DNA of 64,000 nucleotides, from the NCBI GenBank assembly GCA_040905865.1, contig JBBDQU010000073.1, positions 8,255-72,254 on the forward strand, given 5' to 3'. Made by a program: the position numbers and the translations under genes. The stretch is from Alphaproteobacteria bacterium (GTDB taxonomy: Bacteria > Pseudomonadota > Alphaproteobacteria > UBA8366 > GCA-2717185). Below the pieces are notes generated by a model. The model made no database searches and had not been told where the DNA came from. It saw only the letters and a list, made by a program, of their open reading frames with translations. Shown here in pieces: positions 29,654 to 39,566 of this stretch (position 1 is its first letter; every line of letters starts with the position of its first letter).

Positions 29654-31342
29654 ATGCGAAAACTTCCAGTCCGCATGGCGCTGCCGGGTATGGCTCTTGC
29701 CCTCCTGGCATTCCCGGTGGCCGCTCAGGCGGATACCTACGACCTGACCGTCGACCGTGTGACCATTGATACCGGCGCCTTCCGAAGGTCCGGCATCGGT
29801 TATAACGGAGCCTCACCAGGCCCCGTGCTTCGTTTCAAGGAGGGCGAGGAGGTCACCATCAACGTGACCAACAATCTCGATGTCGACACATCGATCCACT
29901 GGCACGGGCTGATCCTGCCCTACCGGATGGATGGCGTGCCGACGATCAGCTATGACGGAATCGCCCCGGGTGAAACGTTTACGTATAAATTTCCCATCGT
30001 CCAGGCCGGCACCTACTGGTTCCACAGCCATTCCAGCATGCAGGAACCGGATGGGGCCTATGGCGCCATTATCATAGAACCCAGGGATCGTGAACCGTTC
30101 CGCTACGACCGGGACTACGTAATCCAGTTGACGGACACGCACCCGCATGCCGCGGCCCGGATCATGCGGAACCTGAAAACGATGTCGGATTACTACAATC
30201 GCCAGCAACAGACCGTCGGCGAGTTTTTCAACGACGCCGAAAAGAACGGACTGGCGGCAACCATTGCCGACCGGCAGGCCTGGGGCGATATGCGCATGAT
30301 GCCCACGGATGTCGAGGACGTGCAGGGGTTCACGCCCCTGATCAACGGGAAGGGTCCGGACCAGAACTGGACCGGGCTGTTCAGGCCGGGCGAACGGGTG
30401 CGCCTGCGCTTCATCAATTCCTCAGCGATGACCTATTTCGATATCCGGATACCGGGGCTCGACATGACCGTCATCCAGGCGGACGGCAACAATGTGCGTC
30501 CGGTCAAGGTGGATGAGTTCCGCATCGCCGTCGCCGAAACCTATGATGTCATCGTGCGCCCGACGGAGGACCGGGCCTATACGGTCTTCGCGGAATCAAT
30601 GGGTCGAACCGCCTATGCGCGGGGCACGCTGGCGCCGCGTGAAGGCATGACCGCAGCTGTTCCCGAAATGCGGGATCGACCGCTGCTGACCATGGCCGAT
30701 ATGCGCTTGGGTCATGAGGGCATGGCCGGCATGGATCATTCCAAAATGACGGGGATGGACCACTCGAAGATGACTGGTATGGATCACTCGAAGATGGCCG
30801 GTATGGATCACTCGACGATGGCGACTGGCGCCGCGAAGCCCGACCCCTTCTATGCGCCAGGCAGCGGCCTGACGCCGGCAGCAGCGGATGGCGGAAAATT
30901 CCTGTCCTATGACGACCTCAAGGCCCAGAAGCCGCTCTATCCCCTGCGCGACGCGACCCGCGAAATCGAAATCCGGATCACCGGGAATATGGAGCGGTAT
31001 GTCTGGACGCTGAACGACGTAAAATACGAGGATGCAGAACCGATCCGCCTGCAATACGGCGAGCGGGTACGGTTCAAATTCGTCAACGAGACGATGATGA
31101 TCCATCCGATGCACCTGCACGGCATGTGGTCGATCCTCGATACCGGCGCCGGGAAATGGAACCCGGTCAAGCATGTCGTCAGCGTTGCGCCCGGCACCAC
31201 CGTCTACATGGAAACGGAAGTGGACGCCCCCGGGCAATGGGCCTTCCACTGTCATCTTGCCTATCACGCGGCGGCAGGCATGTTCCGCAAGGTCATCGTC
31301 AAAGGCGGGCCGAAAGCCGCGCGACTCGATACGGCCCGGTGA
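29654..31342 (+). CDS. copA: multicopper oxidase CopA/PcoA-type
   Basis: HWHG and HSH copper motifs, C-terminal [12 protein letters not shown], Met-rich MDHSKM repeats. N-terminus is a Sec-like signal with no twin-arginine motif. Confidence 0.9.
   Translation: MRKLPVRMALPGMALALLAFPVAAQADTYDLTVDRVTIDTGAFRRSGIGYNGASPGPVLRFKEGEEVTINVTNNLDVDTSIHWHGLILPYRMDGVPTISYDGIAPGETFTYKFPIVQAGTYWFHSHSSMQEPDGAYGAIIIEPRDREPFRYDRDYVIQLTDTHPHAAARIMRNLKTMSDYYNRQQQTVGEFFNDAEKNGLAATIADRQAWGDMRMMPTDVEDVQGFTPLINGKGPDQNWTGLFRPGERVRLRFINSSAMTYFDIRIPGLDMTVIQADGNNVRPVKVDEFRIAVAETYDVIVRPTEDRAYTVFAESMGRTAYARGTLAPREGMTAAVPEMRDRPLLTMADMRLGHEGMAGMDHSKMTGMDHSKMTGMDHSKMAGMDHSTMATGAAKPDPFYAPGSGLTPAAADGGKFLSYDDLKAQKPLYPLRDATREIEIRITGNMERYVWTLNDVKYEDAEPIRLQYGERVRFKFVNETMMIHPMHLHGMWSILDTGAGKWNPVKHVVSVAPGTTVYMETEVDAPGQWAFHCHLAYHAAAGMFRKVIVKGGPKAARLDTAR
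30731..30826 (+). repeat. four in-frame 24-bp tandem repeats inside copA encoding (MDHSKMxG)x4
   Basis: Units at 30731, 30755, 30779 and 30803: atggatcattccaaaatgacgggg / atggaccactcgaagatgactggt / atggatcactcgaagatggccggt / atggatcactcgacgatggcgact. Confidence 0.9.
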
Positions 31343-31352
31343 GTATCAGCAG

Positions 31353-32075
31353 ATGAAAAATGAAATCAGGACCATCCTGCTGACGGGAATTGCCGTCGCA
31401 TCGCTGTCGGCGCCATTGCAGGCCCAGGAAACCGGACTCGTATTCTATGGCATCCAGATGGAGGAACTCGAATACCGGGTGGGCGAAGGGGAAGACAGGA
31501 CGGCTGTCTGGAACGGCGACGCCTATGTCGGCACCGACGAACTCAAGCTGCGCTGGCTCGGCCAAGGCGAATACAATACCGCAACAGATACGCTGGAGCG
31601 AATGGAGAACCGGTTCGTGCTTCAGAAACCGGTCTCCGACTTCTTCGACGTGAAAGCCGGTGTCCGGCTCGATACGCCGGACGGACCGGACCGCTGGTTC
31701 GGGGTTATCGGCGTCACTGGTCTCGCGAAGCAGTGGTTCGAGATCGACGCGGACCTGTTCCTCAGCGAGACGGGCGATGCTTCCGCGCGGCTCGACATCG
31801 AATACGAACTGCTGCTGACCAACCGGCTGATCCTGACGCCGTCCGCCGATACCGATATCGCCTTTTCCGAAGACCGGGAAACCGGCGTCGGGTCGGGCGT
31901 GAACAATGTCGAGGTCGGGTTACGGCTCAGTTACGACCTCGTTGACCGCACTGTCTCGCCCTATCTCGGCATCGTCTATGAGCGAAAATTCGGTGACACC
32001 GCCAAATTTGCAAAAGCCGAGGGGGAAGACGCAGCCGCCTGGTTCGCTGTTATCGGAACCAGGTTCATGTTCTGA
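31353..32075 (+). CDS. copB: copper-resistance outer-membrane protein CopB/PcoB-type
   Basis: Signal peptide, beta-barrel-like alternating pattern, terminal aromatic ...GTRFMF, and position directly after copA. Confidence 0.8.
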   Translation: MKNEIRTILLTGIAVASLSAPLQAQETGLVFYGIQMEELEYRVGEGEDRTAVWNGDAYVGTDELKLRWLGQGEYNTATDTLERMENRFVLQKPVSDFFDVKAGVRLDTPDGPDRWFGVIGVTGLAKQWFEIDADLFLSETGDASARLDIEYELLLTNRLILTPSADTDIAFSEDRETGVGSGVNNVEVGLRLSYDLVDRTVSPYLGIVYERKFGDTAKFAKAEGEDAAAWFAVIGTRFMF

Positions 32076-32085
32076 CCATGCAACC

Positions 32086-32850
32086 CTAACCGACCGTCCA
32101 GCCGCCATCGATCAGCAGCGCCGCGCCGGTGATCATGGCGGCGGCGTCGGAACTGAGGAACACGATGGCCCCCATCAGGTCCGCCACCTGCCCGACCCGG
32201 CCCAGCTTGATCTTCGACATGATATAGGCGTTCATTTCCGGATCCGCCAGCGACTGGCGCGCCAGCGGCGTTTCGATAAAGGTCGGGCCGATGGAATTGA
32301 CGCGGATGTTATGCGGCGCGAATTCCAGCGCCATCGCCTTGGTCAGCCCCTCGATGGCGAATTTGGACGCGCAATAGACCGTGCGCTTGGGCCCGCCCAC
32401 ATGCCCCATCTGCGACGATATATGAATGACCGACCCCGGCTTGCCGGCGGCGATCAGCCCGTTCGTGACCGCCCGCGACACGAAATAGGCCGCCCGCACG
32501 TTCAGGTTCATGATCGCGTCGTAATCGTCTTCCGTCGTCCGGGCCATGGTCTTCGGCCGGTTGGTGCCCGCATTGTTGATCAGGATATCGAACGGCCCGG
32601 CGGCCGATATGGCCGCTTCCATCGCTGCGGTATCGGTAATGTCGAGCACCAGCGGATCGGCCCGGCCGCCCGCCGCCTTGATCGCATCCGCCGCCGCCTC
32701 GATTTCCGAGGCGGTGCGGGCAATCAGGGTGACCGCCGCGCCCGCATCGGCCAGCGCCGTCGCGGCCGCCAACCCGATCCCGCGACCGGCGCCGGTGACC
32801 AGCGCCCGCCGGCCATCGAGCCGGAAGGACGGCGTCTTCGCCAGTTCCAT
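32086..32850 (-). CDS. SDR-family oxidoreductase
   Basis: TGAGRGIG cofactor motif, NNAG, YCASK catalytic motif. Confidence 0.85.
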   Translation of the reverse strand: MELAKTPSFRLDGRRALVTGAGRGIGLAAATALADAGAAVTLIARTASEIEAAADAIKAAGGRADPLVLDITDTAAMEAAISAAGPFDILINNAGTNRPKTMARTTEDDYDAIMNLNVRAAYFVSRAVTNGLIAAGKPGSVIHISSQMGHVGGPKRTVYCASKFAIEGLTKAMALEFAPHNIRVNSIGPTFIETPLARQSLADPEMNAYIMSKIKLGRVGQVADLMGAIVFLSSDAAAMITGAALLIDGGWTVG

Positions 32851-32856
32851 TCGCGG

Positions 32857-34164
32857 CTACTCCACCGCCGTTGCGTATTCGACATTGCGGCCGCCATAGC
32901 GCCGCACGCGGATATTGGCCTGTTCCGCATGACCGGTAAATCCTTCCAGCATGCACAGCCGCGAACAATAGGCGCCGATATCGGCGCTTGCCGCATCGGT
33001 CAGGACCCTCTGGTAGGTGCAGGTCTTCAGGAACTTGCCGACCCACAGCCCGCCGGTATAGCGCGCGGCCCGTTTGGTCGGCAGGGTATGGTTGGTGCCG
33101 ATCACCTTGTCGCCATAGGACACGTTCGTGCGCGGCCCCAGGAACAGCGCCCCGAAGTTGGTCATGTTGTTGAGGAAATAATCGGGGTCGCGGGTCATGA
33201 CCTGGACATGTTCGTAGGCCAGCCGGTCGGCCTCCCGCACCATTTCCTCGTACGAATCGCAGACGATGACCGCGCCATAGGCGTCCCAGGAAGCGCGGGC
33301 GATTTCAGCGGTCGGCAGTATCTCCAGTAACCGCTCTACCTCGGCCAGCGTGTCCTTCGCCAGGGCTTCCGAATTGGTCAGCAGCACCGCCGGCGACGTG
33401 GGGCCATGCTCCGCCTGTCCCAGCAGGTCGGTCGCGCACAGTTCCCCGTCCACGCTGTCATCGGCGACGATCAGGGTTTCCGTCGGTCCGGCGAACAGGT
33501 CGATCCCGACCCGGCCGTAGAGTTGCCGCTTGGCCTCGGCGACGAACATGTTGCCCGGCCCGACCAGCATATCCACCGGTTCGATTGTCTGCGTTCCCAG
33601 CGCCATCGCCGCCACCGCCTGGATACCGCCCAGCACGAGGATCTCGTCGGCGCCGCCCAGATGCATCGCCGCGACGATGGCCGGGTGCGGGCCGCCCTGG
33701 TGCGGCGGCGCGGTGGCGATGATACGCTTCACTCCCGCAACCTTCGCGGTCACCACGCTCATATGCGCGGAGGCGACCATCGGGTATTTGCCGCCGGGCA
33801 CATAGCAGCCGACACTGTTGACCGGAATATGCCTGTGGCCGAGGACAATACCCGGCAGCGTCTCCACTTCGAGATCGCGCATGCTGTCGCGCTGGTGCTG
33901 CGCAAAATTGCGGACCTGCGCCTGCGCGAAGGTGATGTCCTCGATATCCCGTTTGGCGACCTTGCCCATAGCCGTCTCGATATCCTGCTCTGACAGGCGG
34001 AAGGTTTCAGGCGACCAGTTGTCGAAGCGCTGCGACAGTTCCCGAACCGCCGCGTCGCCATTCGCCGCGACATCGGCCAGAATGTTTTCGACGGTCAGCC
34101 TGACCTTTGCATCGTCGTCCGCCACATCCTCTGCCGCCCGGCCTGTTTTCAGATACCTCGCCAT
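32857..34164 (-). CDS. histidinol-dehydrogenase-family paralogue (HpsN-like sulfopropanediol 3-dehydrogenase candidate)
   Basis: HisD-fold length (435 aa) and blocks ([31 protein letters not shown]). The N-terminus MARYLK... resembles non-histidine HisD paralogues as I recall them. No other his genes are nearby. Confidence 0.7.
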   Translation of the reverse strand: MARYLKTGRAAEDVADDDAKVRLTVENILADVAANGDAAVRELSQRFDNWSPETFRLSEQDIETAMGKVAKRDIEDITFAQAQVRNFAQHQRDSMRDLEVETLPGIVLGHRHIPVNSVGCYVPGGKYPMVASAHMSVVTAKVAGVKRIIATAPPHQGGPHPAIVAAMHLGGADEILVLGGIQAVAAMALGTQTIEPVDMLVGPGNMFVAEAKRQLYGRVGIDLFAGPTETLIVADDSVDGELCATDLLGQAEHGPTSPAVLLTNSEALAKDTLAEVERLLEILPTAEIARASWDAYGAVIVCDSYEEMVREADRLAYEHVQVMTRDPDYFLNNMTNFGALFLGPRTNVSYGDKVIGTNHTLPTKRAARYTGGLWVGKFLKTCTYQRVLTDAASADIGAYCSRLCMLEGFTGHAEQANIRVRRYGGRNVEYATAVE

Positions 34165-34331
34165 TTTCGCCTCCTGTGCAAATGCTGTTCAGGACATACC
34201 ATGTCTGCCGGGCCTGTGTGAGCGCATTTCCGGCATAAATTCCGGGAACCAAGTTGTACCTGTCGGGGTTATTGGATAACGTGAATTAGAACGATTCGAA
34301 CATCACTTTCCTTCGCTACCGGATCTCGCAT

Positions 34332-35573
34332 ATGCATGGCACAGGACAGCGGTCGGAAAACTTCCGCGCGGCGTTTCTGGAACGATACGAGATGGTCAGA
34401 AAGGCCAGCAACGACCTCGCTGCGCCGCTCTCCGCCGAAGACCAGCAGGTCCAGTCCATGGAGGACGCCAGTCCGACCAAGTGGCACCTGGCGCATGTCA
34501 GCTGGTTTTTCGAAACCTTCATTCTGGACCCGTTTGCTGAAGGCTACGCTCTGTTTGACCCGGCATTCGGTTACCTGTTCAACTCGTATTACGAGGCCGT
34601 CGGCCCCCGGCACGCGCGGCCGCACCGGGGCATGCTGACCCGGCCCGCCCTGTCCCGGGTGATGGAATACCGGGCCCATGTCGACCGGGGCATGGCGGAA
34701 TTCATCCAATCCGCCCCCGACGGGAAACTGACCGAGGCCCTTGCGCGCATGGAACTGGGCCTGAACCACGAACAGCAGCATCAGGAACTGATGCTGATGG
34801 ATATCAAGCACATGTTTTCGTGCAATCCACTGCGTCCCGCCTATTGCGACGCACGGCAGGAAACAGCGGCGCGGGCGGCATCGCCGGACTGGACCGATGT
34901 TCCTGGCGGAATCTACGGTATCGGCCATGATGGGGACGGCTTCGCGTTCGACAATGAAGGGCCGCGCCATGATGTCCTGCTACAGCCGTTCCGCATCGCA
35001 TCCTGGCGCGTTACCAATCGCGAATACATGGAATTTATCGACGACGGCGGATACCGGCGTTCGGAATTCTGGCACATGGATGGCTGGGGCACAGTGAACC
35101 GCGAAGGCTGGCAGGCGCCGCTGTACTGGTCGCGCCGCGACACGGAATGGCGGGTCTTCACCCTGTCCGGCGAGCACGCCATCGACCCGAATGAACCCGT
35201 CTGCCATGTCAGCTTTTACGAGGCTTCGGCCTATGCGGCCTGGGCGGGGAAACGCCTGCCCCTGGAAACCGAGTGGGAAGCGGCCGCCGCCATAAGGGAA
35301 CAGGCGACCGGCGACGAAAACGGCGCCCCGGTCATCGGTGCGGCCGGCGGCGTCTGGGAATGGACGGCCAGCCCCTACACCGCGTATCCCAGGTTCGAAA
35401 CGCCGCCGGGGGCGATTGGCGAATATAACGGGAAATTCATGGTCAGCCAGACGGTGTTGCGCGGCGGCAGCTTTGCGTCACCGCCCGGCCATATACGGCA
35501 CACCTATCGCAATTTCTTCTACCCGCACCAGCGATGGGCCTTCAGCGGGATCCGTCTCGCCGATTACGGTTGA
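34332..35573 (+). CDS. egtB: EgtB-like sulfoxide synthase (DinB_2 + FGE-sulfatase domains)
   Basis: SPTKWHLAHVSWFFETF (DinB-type metal site), NHEQQHQEL, and C-terminal FGE-like GGVWEWTASPY...RGGSFASPP. Confidence 0.8.
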   Translation: MHGTGQRSENFRAAFLERYEMVRKASNDLAAPLSAEDQQVQSMEDASPTKWHLAHVSWFFETFILDPFAEGYALFDPAFGYLFNSYYEAVGPRHARPHRGMLTRPALSRVMEYRAHVDRGMAEFIQSAPDGKLTEALARMELGLNHEQQHQELMLMDIKHMFSCNPLRPAYCDARQETAARAASPDWTDVPGGIYGIGHDGDGFAFDNEGPRHDVLLQPFRIASWRVTNREYMEFIDDGGYRRSEFWHMDGWGTVNREGWQAPLYWSRRDTEWRVFTLSGEHAIDPNEPVCHVSFYEASAYAAWAGKRLPLETEWEAAAAIREQATGDENGAPVIGAAGGVWEWTASPYTAYPRFETPPGAIGEYNGKFMVSQTVLRGGSFASPPGHIRHTYRNFFYPHQRWAFSGIRLADYG

Positions 35574-35585
35574 CCCGGCAAAGGA

Positions 35586-35756
35586 TCAGCAATCGGTAAC
35601 GGCTTCCGCCGACGCCGTGTCATTATCCGCGGGAGTGCCTTCGGCCTTCCTGGCATCGGCTTTTTCCCGCTTGGCTTCGTCCCGAGCGGCTTTTTTCGCG
35701 GCCTTTCCGCGTTCACGTTCCATGCGTTCAAATTTGTAGTTTGGTTTGCGCGGCAT
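35586..35756 (-). CDS. small basic Lys/Arg/Glu-rich protein (56 aa), unknown function
   Basis: MPRKPNYKFERMERERGKAAKKAARDEAKREK... AAAGGA RBS upstream of ATG 35756. Separated from csp by a terminator. Confidence 0.5.
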   Translation of the reverse strand: MPRKPNYKFERMERERGKAAKKAARDEAKREKADARKAEGTPADNDTASAEAVTDC

Positions 35757-35860
35757 CAATTGTCCTTTCGTTCGTTCGGCGCACCGAACTGTATTGCACT
35801 TCTTGCTATTCAACGGGCCGGTAAACAGAAGCAGTTTCTTTCATCAATTCCGGTCCGGTC

Positions 35861-35902
35861 AAAAACAAAAACAAAAACCTCAGGCGAGGTTTTCGCCCGA
35901 GG
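35861..35902 (-). terminator. Rho-independent terminator of cspA-like gene
   Basis: Minus strand reads CCTCGGGCG-AAAACCT-CGCCTGAGG (9-bp stem with one G.U) followed by TTTTTGTTTTTGTTTTT. Confidence 0.8.
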
Positions 35903-35951
35903 TTCGTTCACACGAAGGTATTCGCGGCGTTACCGCCGCATGCCTTCAGTA

Positions 35952-36161
35952 TCAGTCAAGCGCGACAAGGTTTTCGGCAGAAGACTTGCCGTTCCGGCCC
36001 GGTACGAGTTCATACTCGACCTTCTGGCCCTCTCGCAGTGTCGACATTCCTGCCTGTTCAACGGCCGAAATGTGGACGAATGCATCGTTCCCGCCGTCAT
36101 TCGGCTGGATGAAGCCAAACCCCTTCTGGGGATTGAACCATTTCACTGTGCCTGCTGGCAT
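35952..36161 (-). CDS. cspA: cold-shock protein (CspA family)
   Basis: [17 protein letters not shown]...[12 protein letters not shown] motifs. AAGGAG lies 8 nt upstream of ATG 36161. Confidence 0.93.
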   Translation of the reverse strand: MPAGTVKWFNPQKGFGFIQPNDGGNDAFVHISAVEQAGMSTLREGQKVEYELVPGRNGKSSAENLVALD

Positions 36162-36269
36162 ATTCAATTCTCCTTGGTACTTAACCGTGGTTGCTATGTT
36201 CGGAACTCGGGCGGCTGTGGGTCGTTCGAATTCGGTGGAAGGTTAATCTATCGCGAAAATTGTCCCGCG

Positions 36270-37562
36270 TCACGCGGCCTGTTTGGTATTTCCGCGACTC
36301 GGGCGACGGCGCCTGCGTTGCGGGGCGGCTTTCGGTTTCGACGTTTCCACTTCCGCCGTATTTTCCGCGCCATAGGCGTGACCATTCACAACCGTAAGGC
36401 GGCCTCCTGTCAACTGTTCTATCGCGCGCAGATAGGGCCGCTCCTCCTGGTCGCAAAACGATACCGCAATGCCACTTGCGCCCGCGCGTGCGGTACGCCC
36501 GATCCGATGAACGTAGCTTTCAGGTTCGTTCGGCAGTTCGAAATTGACGACATGGGTCACGTCATCGATGTCGATACCGCGCGCGGCGATATCCGTGGCG
36601 ACCAGAACCCGCACCTTGCCGTCGCGAAACGCCGCCAGGGCCCGCTGCCGCGCATTCTGCGACTTGTTGCCATGGATGGCTTCGGCCGTGTAACCCGCCT
36701 TGCCGATATGTTCGGCGACGCGGTTGGCGCGATGCTTGGTCCGGGTGAACACGATGACCCGCGCCAGCGCCGGATCTTCCAGAAGGTCCTCCAGCAACGC
36801 CCGCTTTTGCGACGCGGGAACGTGAAAAACGCTCTGCGTGATCAGTTCAACTGTCGTCGCCGCGGGAGTCACTTCGATCCGGGTCGGTTTGATCAGGATT
36901 TCCTGCGACAGCTTCGCCACGTCGTTCGGCATGGTGGCCGAGAACAGCAGCGACTGGCGTTTCTTCGGCATGGTCGCGATGATCTTTCTTACATCGCGCA
37001 CGAAACCCATGTCGAGCATCCGGTCGGCTTCGTCGAGGACCAGGATATGAGTCTCGTCAAGTTTTACATGCCCCTGCCCCATCAGGTCGAGCAGACGACC
37101 CGGTGTGGCGATCAGAACATCCAGCCCCCGGGAAAGCGCGGTAACCTGCGGGTTCTGCCCGACGCCGCCGAAAATCACGGCATGCCGCAAATTCAGGAAC
37201 TGCCCGTAGGTCTTGAACCCTTCACCGATCTGGATCGCCAGTTCGCGCGTCGGCGCCATGACCAGGACGCTGGGCTTGCGGGGCCGCGGCCTGGCTCCGG
37301 CCGCGTCAAGAAGCTGCAGGATCGGCAATGCGAAGGCCGCCGTTTTCCCGGTGCCGGTCTGGGCGATGCCGAGGATATCGCCGCCTTCGAGCAACTTGGG
37401 GATCGCCTGTTCCTGAATCGGCGTGGGCATCGTGTAGTTTTCGCGCACAAGCGCACGAAGAAGAGGCTCGGCAAGGCCGAGCGCCGCAAAACTGGAAGAT
37501 GTCAATTTATTGAAGTTCCTTATTGCGCCTTCAGGCGGGCATTGCCGATGCAATCCCGTCAC
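36270..37562 (-). CDS. rhlE: DEAD-box ATP-dependent RNA helicase (RhlE-like)
   Basis: AQTGTGKT, VLDEADRMLD, SAT and HRIGRTARAG motifs with a basic C-terminal tail. The true start may be TTG 37505 (AAGGA upstream) rather than ATG 37562. Confidence 0.9.
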   Translation of the reverse strand: MTGLHRQCPPEGAIRNFNKLTSSSFAALGLAEPLLRALVRENYTMPTPIQEQAIPKLLEGGDILGIAQTGTGKTAAFALPILQLLDAAGARPRPRKPSVLVMAPTRELAIQIGEGFKTYGQFLNLRHAVIFGGVGQNPQVTALSRGLDVLIATPGRLLDLMGQGHVKLDETHILVLDEADRMLDMGFVRDVRKIIATMPKKRQSLLFSATMPNDVAKLSQEILIKPTRIEVTPAATTVELITQSVFHVPASQKRALLEDLLEDPALARVIVFTRTKHRANRVAEHIGKAGYTAEAIHGNKSQNARQRALAAFRDGKVRVLVATDIAARGIDIDDVTHVVNFELPNEPESYVHRIGRTARAGASGIAVSFCDQEERPYLRAIEQLTGGRLTVVNGHAYGAENTAEVETSKPKAAPQRRRRRPSRGNTKQAA

Positions 37563-37855
37563 CCGAGGGCTTTTTTAGCCCTGGTCCCATGCGCAAATGG
37601 AAACAGAAACTGTTCGGACACATTGATCCGCAAAAAAGGCGCTACCGATGAAATCAGGCGCGCGTTGCGCTAGTGCGAGGTCCGTTGCCGAAGGAAATGG
37701 GCCATTCGCCCCGGAGTGTCAAGGCTAATTTCCCGCAAGACCCTGCGTCCCATGCCATCGACAGCGGCAAACGGGCGATTTGACGATGCTGAATTTCGCG
37801 TGCGATGCTTTGCGGCCTTTTCAAATATCCGTCCGGTACAGACGAGGAAGCCGCC

Positions 37856-38704
37856 ATGACACTGGAAATCAGACCCCTGAGTGACGCCCTGGGCGCAGAG
37901 GTAACCGGGTTGGACCTTACCCGGCCGTTGAGCAGCGAAGACCTCGCCGCAGTAAGAGAAGCCAGTATGAACCACCACCTGTTGTGCCTGCGCAGCGCAC
38001 CGCTGACGCCGCCGCAATTTGCCGCCTTTTCCAGACAGTTCGGCGAACCGCAATTGCAGCTTGTGCGCCGCCGGCGCGACGAACTGGCCCCGGAAGTGGC
38101 GATTCACGAGACCACCTATGAAAAGCCGGAAGACAAGCCCGACGATATGCACATGATCCGCCTGAGCGGCTGGCATACGGATGATTCCTTCATGGAGGAA
38201 CCCTGCCGGTATACCCTGCTTCAGTCGGTCAAAATTCCGGATTCGGGCGGTCAGACGCGGTTCTGCAATATGACTAAAGCCTATGCCGACCTGACGGAAG
38301 CGGAAAAGCAGCGGCTCGAGGGCCTCAAGGCGGTTCATGATTACGACACCAGGCGCGCCCCGGCCCGGCCCACGGCCCTGACCCAGTCGGAAAAGTCGGA
38401 AACCCGCGAGGTCATCCACCCGCTGGTCATCAACCACAAGGAAACCGGAAAAAAGGCGATTTATTACAATTTCAACCGGACAGACCGGATCGTCGATATG
38501 GACCGGGCGGAAAGCGATGCGCTGCTGGATTGGATCAACGATACGATCACCCAGCCGAAATACCGCTATGAACATGACTGGCGCGTCGGCGACATCCTGT
38601 TCTGGGACAATCGCGGCGTCATTCATTCGGTCAATATGGATTTCCCCGTGGGGCAGAAGCGGATTCATCAGCGGGTGATGCTGAAGGGCGACCGCCCCGC
38701 CTGA
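37856..38704 (+). CDS. TauD/TfdA-family Fe(II)/2-oxoglutarate dioxygenase, second paralogue
   Basis: IRPLSDALGAEVTGLDL, WHTDDSF, ILFWDNRGVIH. Confidence 0.85.
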   Translation: MTLEIRPLSDALGAEVTGLDLTRPLSSEDLAAVREASMNHHLLCLRSAPLTPPQFAAFSRQFGEPQLQLVRRRRDELAPEVAIHETTYEKPEDKPDDMHMIRLSGWHTDDSFMEEPCRYTLLQSVKIPDSGGQTRFCNMTKAYADLTEAEKQRLEGLKAVHDYDTRRAPARPTALTQSEKSETREVIHPLVINHKETGKKAIYYNFNRTDRIVDMDRAESDALLDWINDTITQPKYRYEHDWRVGDILFWDNRGVIHSVNMDFPVGQKRIHQRVMLKGDRPA

Positions 38705-38784
38705 TCCCGATGCGGCGGGAACGAATTGCAGCGGGAATCCATGTATAACCGCACAGGCAGGTTTAATACCCAGAGGGAAGAACC

Positions 38785-39549
38785 ATGAAACTCTTCGATC
38801 TTGACGGACGTGTCGCCATCGTCACGGGCGGCAATGGCGGCATCGGCCTTGGCATGTGCCGGGGACTGGCCGATGCCGGCGCGTCGGTCGTCGTTGCGGC
38901 CCGCAATGCGGAAAAAGGCGCGGCCGCAGTCGCGGAACTGCGGGAACGCGGCGGCACGGCGGAATTCGTCGCGGTCGATGTGGAAAGCGAGGAATCCTGC
39001 CACGCCATGGTCGCCTCGGCGGTCGAAAAATTCGGCCGGCTGGATATACTGGTCAACAATGCCGGCATCAGCATCCGCAAGCAGCCCGAAGACTATGACC
39101 TGGCGGAATTCAAGAAGGTCATCGACACCAACCTGAACAGCGCCTTCGCCTGCTGCCAGGCAGCCTATCCGGAAATGAAGAAGGCCGGCGGCGGCAAGAT
39201 CATCAATATCGGCTCGATGATGTCGATCTTCGGCGCCGAATTCGCCGCCCCCTATGCCTCCAGCAAGGGCGGTATCGTGCAGATGACCCGGGCGCTGGCC
39301 TGCGCCTGGGCGAAGGACAATATCCAGGCAAACTCCATCCTGCCCGGCTGGATCGACACCGATATGACCAGGACCGCGCGCCAGGTCGTCAAGGGGCTGC
39401 ATGAAAGCGTTCTGGCCCGGACTCCGGCCGGAACCTGGGGCCATGTCGACGATTTTGCGGGTATCGCGGTCTTCCTGAGCAGCCATGCCTCGGATTTCGT
39501 GACCGGCACGGCCATTCCCATCGACGGTGGCTATTCGATCAAAGCCTGA
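38785..39549 (+). CDS. SDR-family oxidoreductase
   Basis: TGGNGGIG, NNAG, YASSK motifs. Confidence 0.85.
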   Translation: MKLFDLDGRVAIVTGGNGGIGLGMCRGLADAGASVVVAARNAEKGAAAVAELRERGGTAEFVAVDVESEESCHAMVASAVEKFGRLDILVNNAGISIRKQPEDYDLAEFKKVIDTNLNSAFACCQAAYPEMKKAGGGKIINIGSMMSIFGAEFAAPYASSKGGIVQMTRALACAWAKDNIQANSILPGWIDTDMTRTARQVVKGLHESVLARTPAGTWGHVDDFAGIAVFLSSHASDFVTGTAIPIDGGYSIKA

Positions 39550-39566
39550 TTTTACGGAGTACCGCC

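Noticed and set aside
31906-33330. 474-aa plus-strand ORF
   Set aside because: It is antisense to the SDR and HisD-paralogue genes. The translation is low-complexity.
35760-38668. ORFs 35760..37673 (+, 637 aa) and 37670..38668 (-, 332 aa)
   Set aside because: The first is antisense to the csp and DEAD-box helicase genes. The second is antisense to the TauD-type gene. Neither contains recognisable motifs.
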